A DNA stretch of 64,000 nt from Eledone cirrhosa. Lineage: Eukaryota. Positions 39,484 to 53,146 of the stretch are shown here, piece by piece. How positions within the stretch are numbered: position 1 is the first letter of the stretch; the number at the start of each line of letters is the position of its first letter. The notes under the pieces are model-generated. The model was given only the letters and a program-made list of their open reading frames with translations. It was not told the DNA's origin and did not search any database. Location: contig OZ024766.1 in assembly GCA_964016885.1 (NCBI GenBank), positions 13,888,001 through 13,952,000 on the forward strand, read 5' to 3'. A program made the position numbers and the translations under genes.

Positions 39484-40860
39484 CTGAAAAAATATTTCCA
39501 AGTTTTTTTCATTTTACTGTAAAGATTTTCTATTGCTGTTTATAATCTATATTTTATATTTTCAGACATTCCTATTATCAGAAGTCAACTAGTGATCACA
39601 ATGGTTTTAGTCAATATTTTCTCTTCTTGTTAAACTTTATAAATATTTTCTATCTATAAAAACATCTTATTTTCTATCTATAAAAACATCTTATATTACA
39701 TTATGGTAATTATCTCATTTCACTATCAGCTGATTATACATTTGTTTTTCTCATAGCTTTGTCTTTCACTTATGCCAAATCTACAATATAGCATCACTGT
39801 CCTAGCCACAAATTCATGATAGCCAACATGAAATAGGAGTAGATACACTGCTTTCCTTGAGAAAGGTTGATGTTGGCACTCTTTAGTGTAAACTGACCAC
39901 ATCTGTGTTCACCAGAATGTCATCTGATTCATGTAATATTTACAAATATTTACATGTCATGTGTCCTCCATAATGATACAGGATCTTATCGGTGAGCACT
40001 GATTATTCTATACAGGTGAGAAGGAAAGTGATAACAGGTGTCCTAAAACACTGTACACTTACACAAATCCTCATTAGCTCCCTTTAACAAGTCATCTCTA
40101 CATTAATGCAGTGAAAATATCTGAAAAGGATCCATGAAATGACCCCAACATTATAAATTATCTCCTACAGACCCCTTATATAAATAAATCATAGTTTCTC
40201 AAATCTTTGCTGACCTCTCCATCAATACAGTGGACATCAGTAGCGGGAGAAGCCAACTACCTGAAAATTTGAGGAAGTAAAAGTTACACCTGTCTTTTAG
40301 ACATTTGTCAGTTCTAACAATGAGTGTTCCAATTGTTTGAATAACAGAGCAGTTTACTCATGTAATTAAGGTGCAAATGGCTGAGTATTCCATAGACATG
40401 TACACCCATAGCGTAATTCTCAGGGAGAATCAGTATGGCACAGTGTGTGACAAAGCTGGTCCTTTTAATTACAGGTACAGTCCATCTTGTATTATAGTGA
40501 GAGTGGCTGAGTATTCCACAGACATATGTTCTCTTAACGTGATTCTAAGGGAGATTCAGTGATATGTTGTATGTGATATAGCTGGCCCATTGAATTACAG
40601 TAACAATAACGGTCACTATTATTATAATTCTCAGGGAGATTCAGCATAACAAAGTATGAAACAAAGCTGGTCTTTTGAATTACAAATACAACTCATTTTC
40701 CCATCTAAGTAGACTGAAGTAACATGAAATAAAGTGTCTTGCTCAAAGATACAATATGTTCCTGGGAATTGAACTCAGAACCTTATGATCATGAGACAAA
40801 CACACTAACCACTAAGTCATGAATGGAAATATACAGACAGATTATCAAATAATTACTTAC

Positions 40861-41039
40861 TAAATTCATCCACCGTACATACATTCATTCCACACTGTGG
40901 ACAATGTTCAATTGTGGAACAACATTTTCCACAAGCCACTTTATGTGGACATGGAGTGGATGTATTGGTGGCTTTATTAATCTGACATGGAGTGGATGTA
41001 TTGGTGGCTTTATTAACCTTACATGGGGGACATACAGCT
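40861..41039 (-). CDS. ANK-RING-Death gene, coding exon 4 (C3HC4 RING finger)
   Basis: TTTTACAG acceptor, A|GTAAGT donor, phase 2-1; CPPC..PCPHKVACGKC..CPQC. Confidence 0.88.
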
Positions 41040-41449
41040 CTGTAAAAGAAAATAAAGATACAACTCACCAACAACATTAATTTACACCAAATATTACATT
41101 GTATACAAGTTTACAGAGATTATGTGTGAAGGTTATAACAACCTCTCTAGTATTGGTGACATGATAAAATACAACCAGTACACTCTGTAATGTGGTTGCT
41201 AATAGGAAGGGCTTCCTGTCATACAAAACTTTCCAAACAAAGGATAGAGAGGATTCTGTAGTGGTTTCAAAGACATGACAACATCCCTAGTGCTGGTGCC
41301 ATGATTAAATCAGCAGTGCCTTTCATGATGATGATGATGCTGATTTATAATAAAAGGTGGGATTTGAACTCAGAACGTTCAGGACCATAACTCTATGCTG
41401 CAAAGCATGGTGTGTGACGCTCTACTGATACTGCCAATCCATATTCAAT

Positions 41450-41760
41450 AATAATAATGAAAATTATTGTGTACAATGCTCAGGTGCAATACAACTCATC
41501 AAAGGTTCATGTATTGTACATAGAGTAATGTAGAAATATCAGGAAAGTGAACAGTGATTGAGTCATGATATACACACACATGCGTGCATGTATGGAGGTG
41601 AGGATATCAGGTGTAGTGTTGGAGAATTTCAGGAAGGATGGAGGTGTTAAAGGATGCAGTGTCCTGACAGCTAACAACTGATGCAGGTAGTTGGTTCCAT
41701 GCTTCAGTAACTCTGAGCATGAAAAGATGTTTCTGAAAGTCATGGGGTCTGTACTGTTTT
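41450..41760 (-). mobile_element. CR1-like LINE 3' fragment
   Basis: Reverse-complement match to 57270-57575. Confidence 0.8.
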
Positions 41761-42483
41761 CCTGCTATTTCTTGGCTTAAAGCAGAAATCAGTTGTCAAA
41801 CTTCCACAACTTCTGCATTGAGGGTCTATTTTTGTTGTTGTTGTTGTTGATGTTCTTCAACAGGAATGGTAGGGGAAGACATGGTAGTTGGTTTGTGTTG
41901 TTGTTCAACAGCAATGGTATAGGAAGACACACAGGCCAGGGACTGAAAGGACCAATTTGGTAGCTGCACCTTTTCCTAGAATCCATCCATCATCGAAATA
42001 GGGTGTCTCTTTTTTTGACCTGGGATCTTTGGAATGTTTATGGCACATTGACGACAGAGAGAAACATGACATTTACCACATTGAATCTATTTTGGAAATA
42101 GTTCTTGGGTTCGGTACATAGATGACAGACGTGATTTTCCTGGCAATCTTCTATTTTGGGACAGAGAACAGTTTTATTACACACCCCTCATCTATGGATG
42201 TCACCATAGCAATTATGTTCTGTCTGTCCATCCATACAATACAACAATAGGTAAACAAATAGATATGTCTAAGTATAACACACTTGTTAAGGAGATCAAT
42301 AAAATATATTTTCTTTCTGTTTTCCTATTCTACGTGTGTGTGTATATAAAAAGATCTACACATGTATATATAATTAAGAGATGTATATAGGCTAGAAATG
42401 AAGTCTATGTCCAGTGTTTATAATGTAGGTACGATAGTTACTATAGTTTCTCACACACTAAACAGGATTTCCTTGCACTTTCT

Positions 42484-42592
42484 GTGTGTATATATATGTG
42501 TGTGTGTGTATATATATATGTGTGTGTGTGTGTGTATCTACATATATATGTGTGTGTATATCTAGGTATATATATATATATGTGTGTGTATC

Positions 42593-42629
<37 letters not shown>

Positions 42630-42703
42630 GTGTGTGTATGTGTGTGTATCTACATATATATATATATATAGATACACACACACACCCATATATATATGTA
42701 GAT

Positions 42704-42735
<32 letters not shown>

Positions 42736-45700
42736 GTACAGACACACACATACACATATATATATATATGTGTGTGTGTGTGATCTACATATATATGTGT
42801 GTGTATCTACATATATACATATATGTATGTGTGTGTGTGTGTGTATCTACATATATGTGTGTGTGTGTGTGTATATCTACATATATGTGTGTGTGTGTGT
42901 GTGTGTATCTACATATATATATATGTGTGTGTGTGTATCTAGATATGGGTGTGTGTGTGTATCTACATATCTACATACATATGTGTGTGTGTGTACATAT
43001 GTGTGTGTGTGTATCTACATACATGTATGTGTGTGTCTGTGTGTGTATCTACATGTGTGTGTGTGTGTCTACATATGTGTGTGTGTGTATCTACGTATAT
43101 ATCTGTGTGTGTGTCTGTGTGTATCTACATATGTGTGTGTGTGTATATCTACATATATATGTGTGTGCGTGTGTGTATCTACATATATATGTGTGTGTGT
43201 GTGTGTGTATCTACATACATATATGTGTGTGTGTATCTACATACATATGTGTGTGTGTGTATATCTACATATATGTGTGTGTGTGTATCTACATATATGT
43301 GTGTGTGTGTATCTACAAATGTGTATGTGTGTGTATCTATATATATGTGTGTGTGTGTGTATCTACATATGTGTGTGTGTGTGTATCTACATATATGTGT
43401 GTGTGTGTATCTACATATATATGTGTGTATGTGTGTATATCTACATATATGTGTGTGTGTGTGTATCTACATATATATGTGTGTGTGTGTATATCTACAT
43501 ATATGTGTGTGTGTGTATCTACATATGTGTGTGTGTGTGTGTGTATCTACATATGTGTGTGTGTGTATCTACATATGTGTGTGTGTGTATCTACATATAT
43601 ATATGTGTGTGTATCTACATATATATGTGTGTGTGTGTATATCTACATATATGTGTGTGTGTGTGTGTGTATCTACATATGGGTGTGTGTGTGTGTATCT
43701 ACATATCTACATATATATGTGTGTGTGTGTATCTACATACATATGTGTGTGTGTGTGTGCATATGTGTGTGTGTGTGTGTACATATGTGTGTGTGTGTAT
43801 CTACATACATGTGTGTGTGTGTATCTACATATATGTGTGTGTGTGTGTACATATGTGTGTGTGTGTATCTACATACATATGTGTGTGTGTGTGTGTATCT
43901 ACATATATGTGTGTGTGTGTGTACATATGTGTGTGTGTGTATCTACATACATATATGTGTGTGTGTGTGTGTATCTACATATATGTGTGTGTGTGTACAT
44001 GTGTGTGTGTATCTACATACATATATGTGTGTGTGTGTGTGTATCTACATATATGTGTGTGTGTGTGTATCTACATATATGTGTGTGTGTGTGTATCTAC
44101 ATATGTGTGTGTGTGTATCTACATATATATGTGTGTGTGTGTGTGTGTATCTACATATATGTGTGTGTGTGTATCCACATGTGTGTGAGTATCTACATAT
44201 ATGTGTGTGTGTATCTACATATGTGTGTGTGTGTATATCTACATATATATGTGTGTGTGTGTATATCTACATATGTGTGTGTGTGTATATCTACATATAT
44301 GTGTGTGTGTGTAACTACATATATATGTGTGTATGTGTGTATATCTACATATATGTGTGTGTGTGTATCTACATATATGTGTGTGTGTGTATCTACATAT
44401 GTGTGTGTGTATCTACATACATATATGTGTGTGTGTGTGTGTGTGTATCTACATATATGTGTGTGTGTGTGTGTACATATGTGTATGTGTGTATCTACAT
44501 ACATATATGTGTGTGTGTGTGTGTATCTACATATATGTGTGTGTGTATGTACATATGTGTGTGTGTGTGTATCTACATACATATACGTGTGTGTGTGTGT
44601 ATCTACATATATGTGTGTGTGTGTACATGTGTGTGTGTATCTACATAATATATGTGTGTGTGTGTGTGTGTATCTACATATATGTGTGTGTGTGTGTATC
44701 TACATATATGTGTGTGTGTGTGTATCTACATATGTGTGTGTGTGTATCTACATATATATGTGTGTGTGTGTATCCACATGTGTGTGTGTGTGTATCTACA
44801 TATATGTGTGTGTGTGTATCCACATGTGTGTGTGTATCTACATATATGTGTGTGTGTATCTACATATGTGTGTGTGTGTATATCTACATATATATGTGTG
44901 TGTGTGTATATCTACATATGTGTGTGTGTGTATATCTACATATATGTGTGTGTGCGTAACTACATATATATGTGTGTATGTGTGTATATCTACATATATG
45001 TGTGTGTGTGTATCTACATATATGTGTGTGTGTGTGTATCTACATATGTGTGTGTGTGTATCTACATATGTGTGTGTGTATCTACATATGTGTGTGTATC
45101 TACATATATATGTGTGTGTGTATCTATATATGTGTGTTTGTGTATCTACATATGTGTGTGTGTGTATCTACATATATATGTGTGTGTGTATCTACATATG
45201 TGTGTGTGTGTGTGTGTGTGTATCTATATATGTGTGTGTGTGTATCAACATATATATGTGTGTGTGTATCTACATATGTGTGTGTGTGTATCTACATATA
45301 TGTGTGTGTATCTACATATGTGTGTGTGTGTATATCTACATATATATGTGTGTGTGTGTGTATATCTACATATATGTGTGTGTGTGTGTGTGTATCTACA
45401 TACATGTGTGTGTGTGTGTGTATCTACATATATTTGTGTGTGTGTGTACATATGTGTGTGTGTGTATCTACATACATATATGTGTGTGTACATATGTGTG
45501 TGTGTGTATCTACATACATATATGTGTGTGTGTGTGTGTATATCTACATATATGTGTGTGTGTGTGTATCTACATATATATGTGTGTGCGTGTATCCACA
45601 TGTGTGTGTGTATCTACATATATGTGTGTGTGTGTATCCACATGTGTGTGTGTGTGTATCTACATATATATGTGTGTGTGTGTGTGTATCCACATGTGTT

Positions 45701-47818
45701 TGTGTATCTACATATATGTGTGTGTGTGTATCTACATATGTGTGTGTGTGTATATCTACATATATATGTGTGTGTGTGTATATCTACATATGTGTGTGTG
45801 TGTATATCTACATATATGTGTGTGTGTGTATATCTACATATGTGTGTGTGTGTGTGTGTATCTACATATGGGTGTGTGTGTGTGTGTATCTACATACATA
45901 TGTGTGTGTGTGTACATATGTGTGTGTGTATCTACATACATATATGTGTGTGTGTGTGTGTGTATCTACATATATGTGTGTGTGTGTACATATGTGTGTG
46001 TGTGTATCTACATACATATATGTGTGTGTGTGTGTGTGTGTATCTACATATATGTGTGTGTGTATGCACATATGTGTGTGTGTGTGTATCTACATACATA
46101 TATGTGTGTGTGTGTGTGTATCTACACGTGCGTGTATGTGTGTGTATATCTACATGTGTGTGTGTGTGTATCTACACGTGCGTGTATGTGTGTGTATATC
46201 TACATATGTGTGTATGTGTGTGTATATCTACATATATGTGTGTGTGTGTATATCTACATATATGTGTGTGTGTGTGTATCTACATATATATGTGTGTGTG
46301 TGTGTGTGTATCTACATATGTGTGTGTGTGTGTGTGTGTATCTACACGTGTGTGTGTGTGTGTGTATCTACATATGTGTGTGTGTGTGTGTGTATATCTA
46401 CATATGTGTGTGTGTGTGTGTCTACATATATGTGTGTGTGTGTGTGTGTATCTACATATATGTGTGTGTGTGTGTGTATCTACATATGTGTGTGTGTGTG
46501 TGTATCTACACATGTGTGTGTGTGTATCTACATATGTGTGTGTGTGTGTATCTACACATATGTGTGTGTGTGTGTGTGTGTGTATCTACATATGTGTGTG
46601 TGTGTGTGTGTATCTACATATGTGTGTGTGTGTGTGTATCTACATATGTGTGTGTGTGTGTATATCTACATATGTGTGTGTGTGTGTGTATATCTACATA
46701 TGTGTGTGTGTGTGTGTATCTACATATGTGTGTGTGTGTGTGTGTATGTACACATGTGTGTGTGTGTATCTACATATGTGTGTGTGTGTGTATCTACATA
46801 TGTGTGTGTATCTACACATATGTGTGTGTGTGTGTGTGTGTATCTACATATGTGTGTGTGTGTATGTACATATGTGTGTGTGTGTGTGTGTATGTACATA
46901 TGTGTGTGTGTGTGTGTGTATCTACATATGTGTGTGTGTGTGTGTGTATCTACATATGTGTGTGTGTGTGTGTGTATCTACATATATATGTGTGTGTGTG
47001 TATATCTACATATGTGTGTGTGTGTGTGTGTATATCTACATATGTGTGTGTGTGTGTGTGTATCTACATATGTGTGTGTGTGTGTGTGTATGTACATATG
47101 TGTGTGTGTGTGTGTGTATCTACATATGTGTGTGTGTGTGTGTGTATCTACATATGTGTGTGTGTGTGTGTGTGTATGTACACATGTGTGTGTGTGTGTG
47201 TGTATCTACATATATGTGTGTGTGTGTATCTACATATGTGTGTGTGTGTGTATCTACATATGTGTGTGTGTGTGTGTGTATCTACATATGTGTGTGTGTG
47301 TGTGTATCTACATATATGTGTGTGTGTGTGTGTATGTACATATGTGTGTGTGTGTGTGTGTATCTACATATATATGTGTGTGTGTGTGTATGTACACATG
47401 TGTGTGTGTATGTACACATGTGTGTGTGTGTGTGTATCTACACATGTGTGTGTGTGTGTGTGTGTATGTACACATGTGTGTGTGTACACATGTGTGTGTG
47501 TGTGTGTATGTACACATGTGTGTGTGTGTGTATGTACACATGTGTGTGTGTGTGTGTGTGTATCTACACATGTGTGTGTGTGTGTGTGTGTATGTACACA
47601 TGTGTGTGTGTGTGTGTGTGTGTATGTACACATGTGTGTGTGTGTGTGTGTGTATCTACACATGTGTGTGTGTGTGTGTGTGTGTATCTACATATGTGTG
47701 TGTGTGTGTGTGTATGTACACATGTGTGTGTGTGTGTGTATGTACACATGTGTGTGTGTGTATGTACACATGTGTGTGTGTGTGTGTATGTACACATGTG
47801 TGTGTGTGTGTGTACATG
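42484..47818. repeat. 5.3-kb compound microsatellite: (TG)n punctuated by TATCTACATA/TATGTACACA
   Basis: Direct inspection; lies in intron 3 of the ANK-RING-Death gene. Confidence 0.97.
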
Positions 47819-47989
47819 TTGTTGTTTAGACAATACTTACAGCAGTAAGTATATGTATTAAGTCCCATCATTAAAGAGACAACATAAGGAGGCCCCATGG
47901 TGGCATTTTGACATTAATGGCTGAATAAAAACCAGAGATTATTGAGTAAAAGAAAGAAATGTTGATATTCCATATCATTGTTAACTTAC

Positions 47990-48342
47990 TGTTCCATTGT
48001 TCCTCCTGCAGCTCTGTCACCTGGAACAGGGCTGGCATGAGACCCCAACATCTCTATTATAGCTCGGTGTCCTCCACGTTTGGCCAGTTGTAAAGCTGTC
48101 TCACCTTCGTCATTTACAATACTTAAGTCTGTTTCTGGCCTTGACAGCAACACCGCCACAATCTCTGTATCTCCCCCAATTACAGCCACATGTAAAGGCG
48201 TATTATCATTACAATCCCTCATATTCGGGTCAGCCTCCCCGGCTATCAATAGCTTTACCATGGCAACACTCCTCCCCCTCCCCCACCACCCCCCTGCAGC
48301 CACATGTAAAGGTGTGAACCCACTTCTATCTCCTTGATTGAT
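47990..48342 (-). CDS. ANK-RING-Death gene, coding exon 3 (ankyrin repeats 3-5)
   Basis: TTTTCAG acceptor, CA|GTAAGT donor, phase 0-2; GFTPLHVAA, DNTPLHVAV, GETALQLA. Confidence 0.9.
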
Positions 48343-49177
48343 CTGAAAATGTAAAAATATATTAAATATGGTGGGAGTGAGAGTGAAGGGGAGAGTATGT
48401 AGTAAGAGAGGGGGCGAGTGGAGGTGTGGGGAGAGAATTAACAATAGACGAGAGAGAGAGAGAGGGGAAGAGAGAGAGTGAGAGCGGTAAATAGAGAGTG
48501 AGTAAGACAGAGTAAAAGAGTGAGAGAGAGGGAGAAATAGAGAGCGAGGGGAGAAAAGAGGGAGAGAGAGGGGAAGAAAAGTGAGAGAGAAAGAGAGAGT
48601 GAGAAATTCGTATCTGTAACACCCCCCCCCCGTCCTTCTTAGATTTTTGTATTAAATAAATAGATTAATTCACACACACACACACACGTAGACAGATACA
48701 CATACACACAGAAATACATAGAAAGATACACATATATACTCACACACAGACACATACATACATACATACACAGACATATTCGTAGACCGATACACACGTA
48801 TATACACACAGAGAGTAACACACATACACACACAGACAGTCACACACGGACACACAGACAGACACACAGACAGTCACACACGCACACAGAAGTCACACAC
48901 GGACACACAGACAGACACACACATACACACACACACACACAGACAGTCACACACACACACAGACAGTCACACAGACACACACACACGGACACACAGACAC
49001 AAACAAATCCATACAGAGTGGTAGTAGCAGTAAGAGTAGACAACAGTGATAGTAGGAGGAAGGTGTGACGTCATAAGATAGACGCTACAGAAAGAAATGG
49101 TGGAAATATGTAAATGTCTCTAATTTGAGTTAAGTTTGACTTATTTCTCTCATTTAATGACAGAAATATGACAATAA

Positions 49178-49698
49178 TCTATATATATAATTCCCGTTCT
49201 GTGTGTGTGTAAAAGAGTTTCACTTGGAAAATATTCCATCCATCTCTGTCAAATTAAACACATAGCCAAAATAGGCTACGGTCTGTAACATAAAGAAAAA
49301 ATTATTTCATAATGATTAATTTCGAAGTCACAAACTTCGATTTTATAATCTTATAGGCTTTTGCACTAACAAATTCCATGACGGCCATTAAAGAGAGAGA
49401 GCGTTCCTTTTACACACTTCTTAACTGTCCCCCTTCCACAACACGACGTTATGGGATGGTATGTGTATGTGCGTGTGTATATGTGTGTGTATGTGTTTGT
49501 GTGTGTATGTGTGCGTGCATGTGTGTGTGTGTGTGTGTAATTTCCATAACGGCCAGAGAGAGAAGGATGTGTGAGAAGGGGATAGAAAGAGAGGAGTGAA
49601 AGAGAGAGAGAGAGTAAAATAAAGAAAGAGAGGAGTGTGTGTGACTTAACTCTCCCCCTTCCACAACGTCACGTCTTGGGATTATGTGTGTGTGTGTA

Positions 49699-49729
<31 letters not shown>

Positions 49730-52301
49730 TTGTGTGTGTGTGTACGTGCGTATGTGTGTGCATGTGTGTGTGCATGTGTGTGTGTATGTGTATAAATGTG
49801 TTAATCGTAAGAAATAACAGACGATACTTTAGCGATAAATACAGTGTTTATAATTTTAACTTATTTATTTACACTTAACTCTCCCCCTTCCACAACGTCA
49901 CGTCTTGGGAGTGTGTGTGTGTATGTGTGTGTGTGTGTGTGTGTATGTGTGTATGTGTGTGTGTATGTGTGTATGTTTGTGTGTGTATGTGTGTGTGTGT
50001 ACGTGCGTATGTGTGTGCGTGTGTGCATGTGTGTGTATAAATGTGTTAATTGTAAGAAATAACAGACGATACTTTTTATTCAAAAAATTAAACTCTAAAG
50101 CAGTTTTGATGTCATAAATCATATTTTCAAAGTGAAAATCGTCATTTCTTTAATACTTATTCAGAGGTTGAAATATATTTACTGTTTGTCTTTTGGTTTT
50201 TAATCAAATATTTACACATTGCTCAACCGACACTGCTAAACACGATATTAGCAAAATTATTTTGTAAGTATGAAAATCTAATATATAATTCCCGTGTAGA
50301 AAAAGCAGATGATAAAATATACTTTTTCGTCTTGCTTATTATTACAAAAATTTACACATTGTACACAACTATTTATTTCTTTTAATTGATTTGTATCAGC
50401 TTTATTCAATTACATATTTTCGGTAGAATGCCTCGAAAAAGAAAGAGTAACATTGGAAAAAAAACAAAAAATGCTTTTGCTTTGCGTTCTTTGCGCGCAA
50501 GCGAAACAGAAGAACAATGTGTGCTACGGCGTGCTCGCAATGCTGCTTCTACCTCGATCGCCAGAGCATTACAAACAACTGAACAAGCAGAACTCCAGCG
50601 TGCTCACAATGCTGCTTCTACTTTGAACATCAGAGCATTACAGAAAGCTGAACAAGCAGAACTCCGGCGTGCTCGCAATGCTGCTTCTAATTCCAATAGC
50701 CGTGCTTTAGAGACTGTTGACCAAAGGGCAACAAGGCTTGCGGCTGATTCTCAACGGAAAATGCGTACTTATGTCTTTCCGAGGGATTCTTCCTGTTACT
50801 GGTCTAACAAAGGTTTTCAATACAACCCCCAAGAGGACTACGCATCCCATCCACATATCATCATTGGTAGTATGTCAACTGTTTGCGTCCATTGTAATGC
50901 AATGAGGTGGCCAGCGGAATCTACCGGTATATGTTGCTCCAAGGGAACGGTTAGATTGCCTTATTTACAAGTCGGTGCCGAACCTTTGAATTCTTTGCTG
51001 CTTGGAGACCACCCTGATTCTAAACACTTTTTCAGAAATATAAGAGCCTACAATTCGGCTTTCCAAATGACAAGCTTTGGTCATACACCAATAAAAGATG
51101 GGAATTATATGCCCACATTTAAAGTGCAAGGCCAAATTTACCATCAAATAGAATCACTTATTCCACAAGATGGCAAAGAACACAGTTTTCTCCAGATCTA
51201 CTTTATGGGCAACGGACCTGAAGAAATTGCACGAAGGGCTTCAGTTGCTAAAGGAACGACACCTTCTCTTCTGCAGCCCCTTCAATATATGCTTCATTCC
51301 ATAAACCCGTACATCATCATTTTCAAAACTGCTTTACAACGTAGAGATGCTAACAACAATCAATACAAGGTTGTCATTCGAAATGACCGCGCTCCACCAG
51401 GGCAACATCAGGGTTGCTTTAATAGACCCCAAACCGATGAAGTTGCGGTGATTATAACACGTCCTAATCAGAGCGCTTCAAACCGTGATATTGTTATTGA
51501 ATGGCAGGACTCGCATCTTCAAAAAATAAATGAACTTCATCCCGCATATGATGCTCTCCAGTATCCATTGCTGTTCCCCTTTGGCGACGATGGCTACCGC
51601 ATTGATTTGCAAAAGTGTAATCCTGTAAGTTTAATGCATCTTACACCAGGGAAAACCATTTCACAAATGGAATTTTATGCATTTGTGAAAAACGACGTCA
51701 ATATTCTGCATAGAACACGGATGCTCCTCAATCAATACTGTGTAGACATATTTGCTAAGATTGACACTGAACGCCTCCAATGGATAAGACATCATCAAAA
51801 GGAACTGCGTTCAGAAGAATACGGCAATCTACGTGACAAAGTAAACCGAAATGATCAGGCTAATGCTTCGGATGTTGGGCTTTCTGTCATTCTCCCATCA
51901 TCATACACTGGAGGCCCCCGTTACATGCATGAAAAAATGCAGGATGCTCTGACCTATGTCCGCCATTGTGGCCGTCCTGATCTTTTTATCACCTTTACAT
52001 GCAATCCAAAATGGTTTGACATCCAGTCTCATTTACTGTTTGTCTTTCGGTTATTAATAAAAAAAATTACACATTGTTCAACCGACACGGCTAACGATAC
52101 ATTTCTCTATGTTCACATTTTAATGACACATATCTGTAAATAAAACTTGCTCTTTTTGAATACCGTCTCATTTTGTTTTATTGAAAGAGTTGATCAGGTA
52201 AAATTATCCTCCAAGTTAAACATACAACACGGAAATTGACCATTAACATTGCAGCCCTACCAAGAACTGACACCGTCCAATGGACGGGGGTCATTTGCTA
52301 G
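49178..52301 (+). mobile_element. Internally deleted Helitron in intron 2 of the ANK-RING-Death gene
   Basis: A|TC 5' end at 49178; 3' hairpin CCGTCCA-A-TGGACGG then CTAG|T at 52298-52302; internal about 230-bp tandem units at 49420-50080. Confidence 0.9.
50428..52143 (+). CDS. Helitron RepHel N-terminal half (Helitron_like_N, up to Rep motif I), truncated but open
   Basis: MPRKRK start, CVHC..CCSKG zinc motif, IRAYNSAFQMTSFG, YDALQYPLLFPFG, LPSSYTGGPRYM, GRPDLFITFTCNPKW; no HUH or helicase. Confidence 0.88.
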   Translation: MPRKRKSNIGKKTKNAFALRSLRASETEEQCVLRRARNAASTSIARALQTTEQAELQRAHNAASTLNIRALQKAEQAELRRARNAASNSNSRALETVDQRATRLAADSQRKMRTYVFPRDSSCYWSNKGFQYNPQEDYASHPHIIIGSMSTVCVHCNAMRWPAESTGICCSKGTVRLPYLQVGAEPLNSLLLGDHPDSKHFFRNIRAYNSAFQMTSFGHTPIKDGNYMPTFKVQGQIYHQIESLIPQDGKEHSFLQIYFMGNGPEEIARRASVAKGTTPSLLQPLQYMLHSINPYIIIFKTALQRRDANNNQYKVVIRNDRAPPGQHQGCFNRPQTDEVAVIITRPNQSASNRDIVIEWQDSHLQKINELHPAYDALQYPLLFPFGDDGYRIDLQKCNPVSLMHLTPGKTISQMEFYAFVKNDVNILHRTRMLLNQYCVDIFAKIDTERLQWIRHHQKELRSEEYGNLRDKVNRNDQANASDVGLSVILPSSYTGGPRYMHEKMQDALTYVRHCGRPDLFITFTCNPKWFDIQSHLLFVFRLLIKKITHCSTDTANDTFLYVHILMTHICK

Positions 52302-52814
52302 TTAAATATAAATTAACAACATGTTGCCAATGGATTCTCTACATTTTATTTTGTCTCTCTTGGAAAACTATTTCCATGTGAAAAGAAAGGTTTAATTTGT
52401 CGTCTGTTTGACAGGGTCTTTATTGAGGGGGGGTGCAAGACAGATGTGGTGGCAGTGTTAGTAGAAAATTACAGAGAGAGTGAGGGAGGTGTTTATTGAT
52501 AGTGGCGAAGGTGGAGAACGAGAGGGAAGACAGGGAGGGGGAGGGAATGAGAGAGAGGGAGGGAACGAGAGAGAGAGAAAAAGAGAAAGAGGGATGGAAA
52601 GAAAGAGAGAGAGGGAACGAGAGAGAGAGGTAAGAAGTTAGAGAGAATGAGGAAAGTTTATCTGTCTGTGTGGCTGTCTGTCAGTCTAGCATATAGTTGA
52701 CAAGGGAGATAATCAATTGGACAAACTTGGTGATATTTCGTTTTGAAAGAACATTTTTTGAGAGAGAGAGAACGTCTGAGAGAGTGAGAGAGAGAGAGAG
52801 AGATAGAGAGAACA

Positions 52815-52857
<43 letters not shown>

Positions 52858-52858
52858 A

Positions 52859-52889
<31 letters not shown>

Positions 52890-52892
52890 ACA

Positions 52893-52929
<37 letters not shown>

Positions 52930-53146
52930 GATAAATATATAAATAGAGTGAGGGTGAGAGATAGATAGCTAGGTAGACAGACAGATAGATAGATAAATTG
53001 CCTAGGGTAGATAGGTGGATATTATAGATAGATTGATAAATATACAATGATTTGGAAATATTTTCAGTATTTATCAATAGTGATGGTCATATTGAACAAT
53101 AATCAATAGAATCAGACAAATCTACAGAGTGTATATGTTGACCCAC

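Noticed and set aside
42584-47861. Very long ORFs (up to 1626 aa) of CV/YI/HM repeats
   Set aside because: Translation of a stop-poor dinucleotide array, not a protein gene
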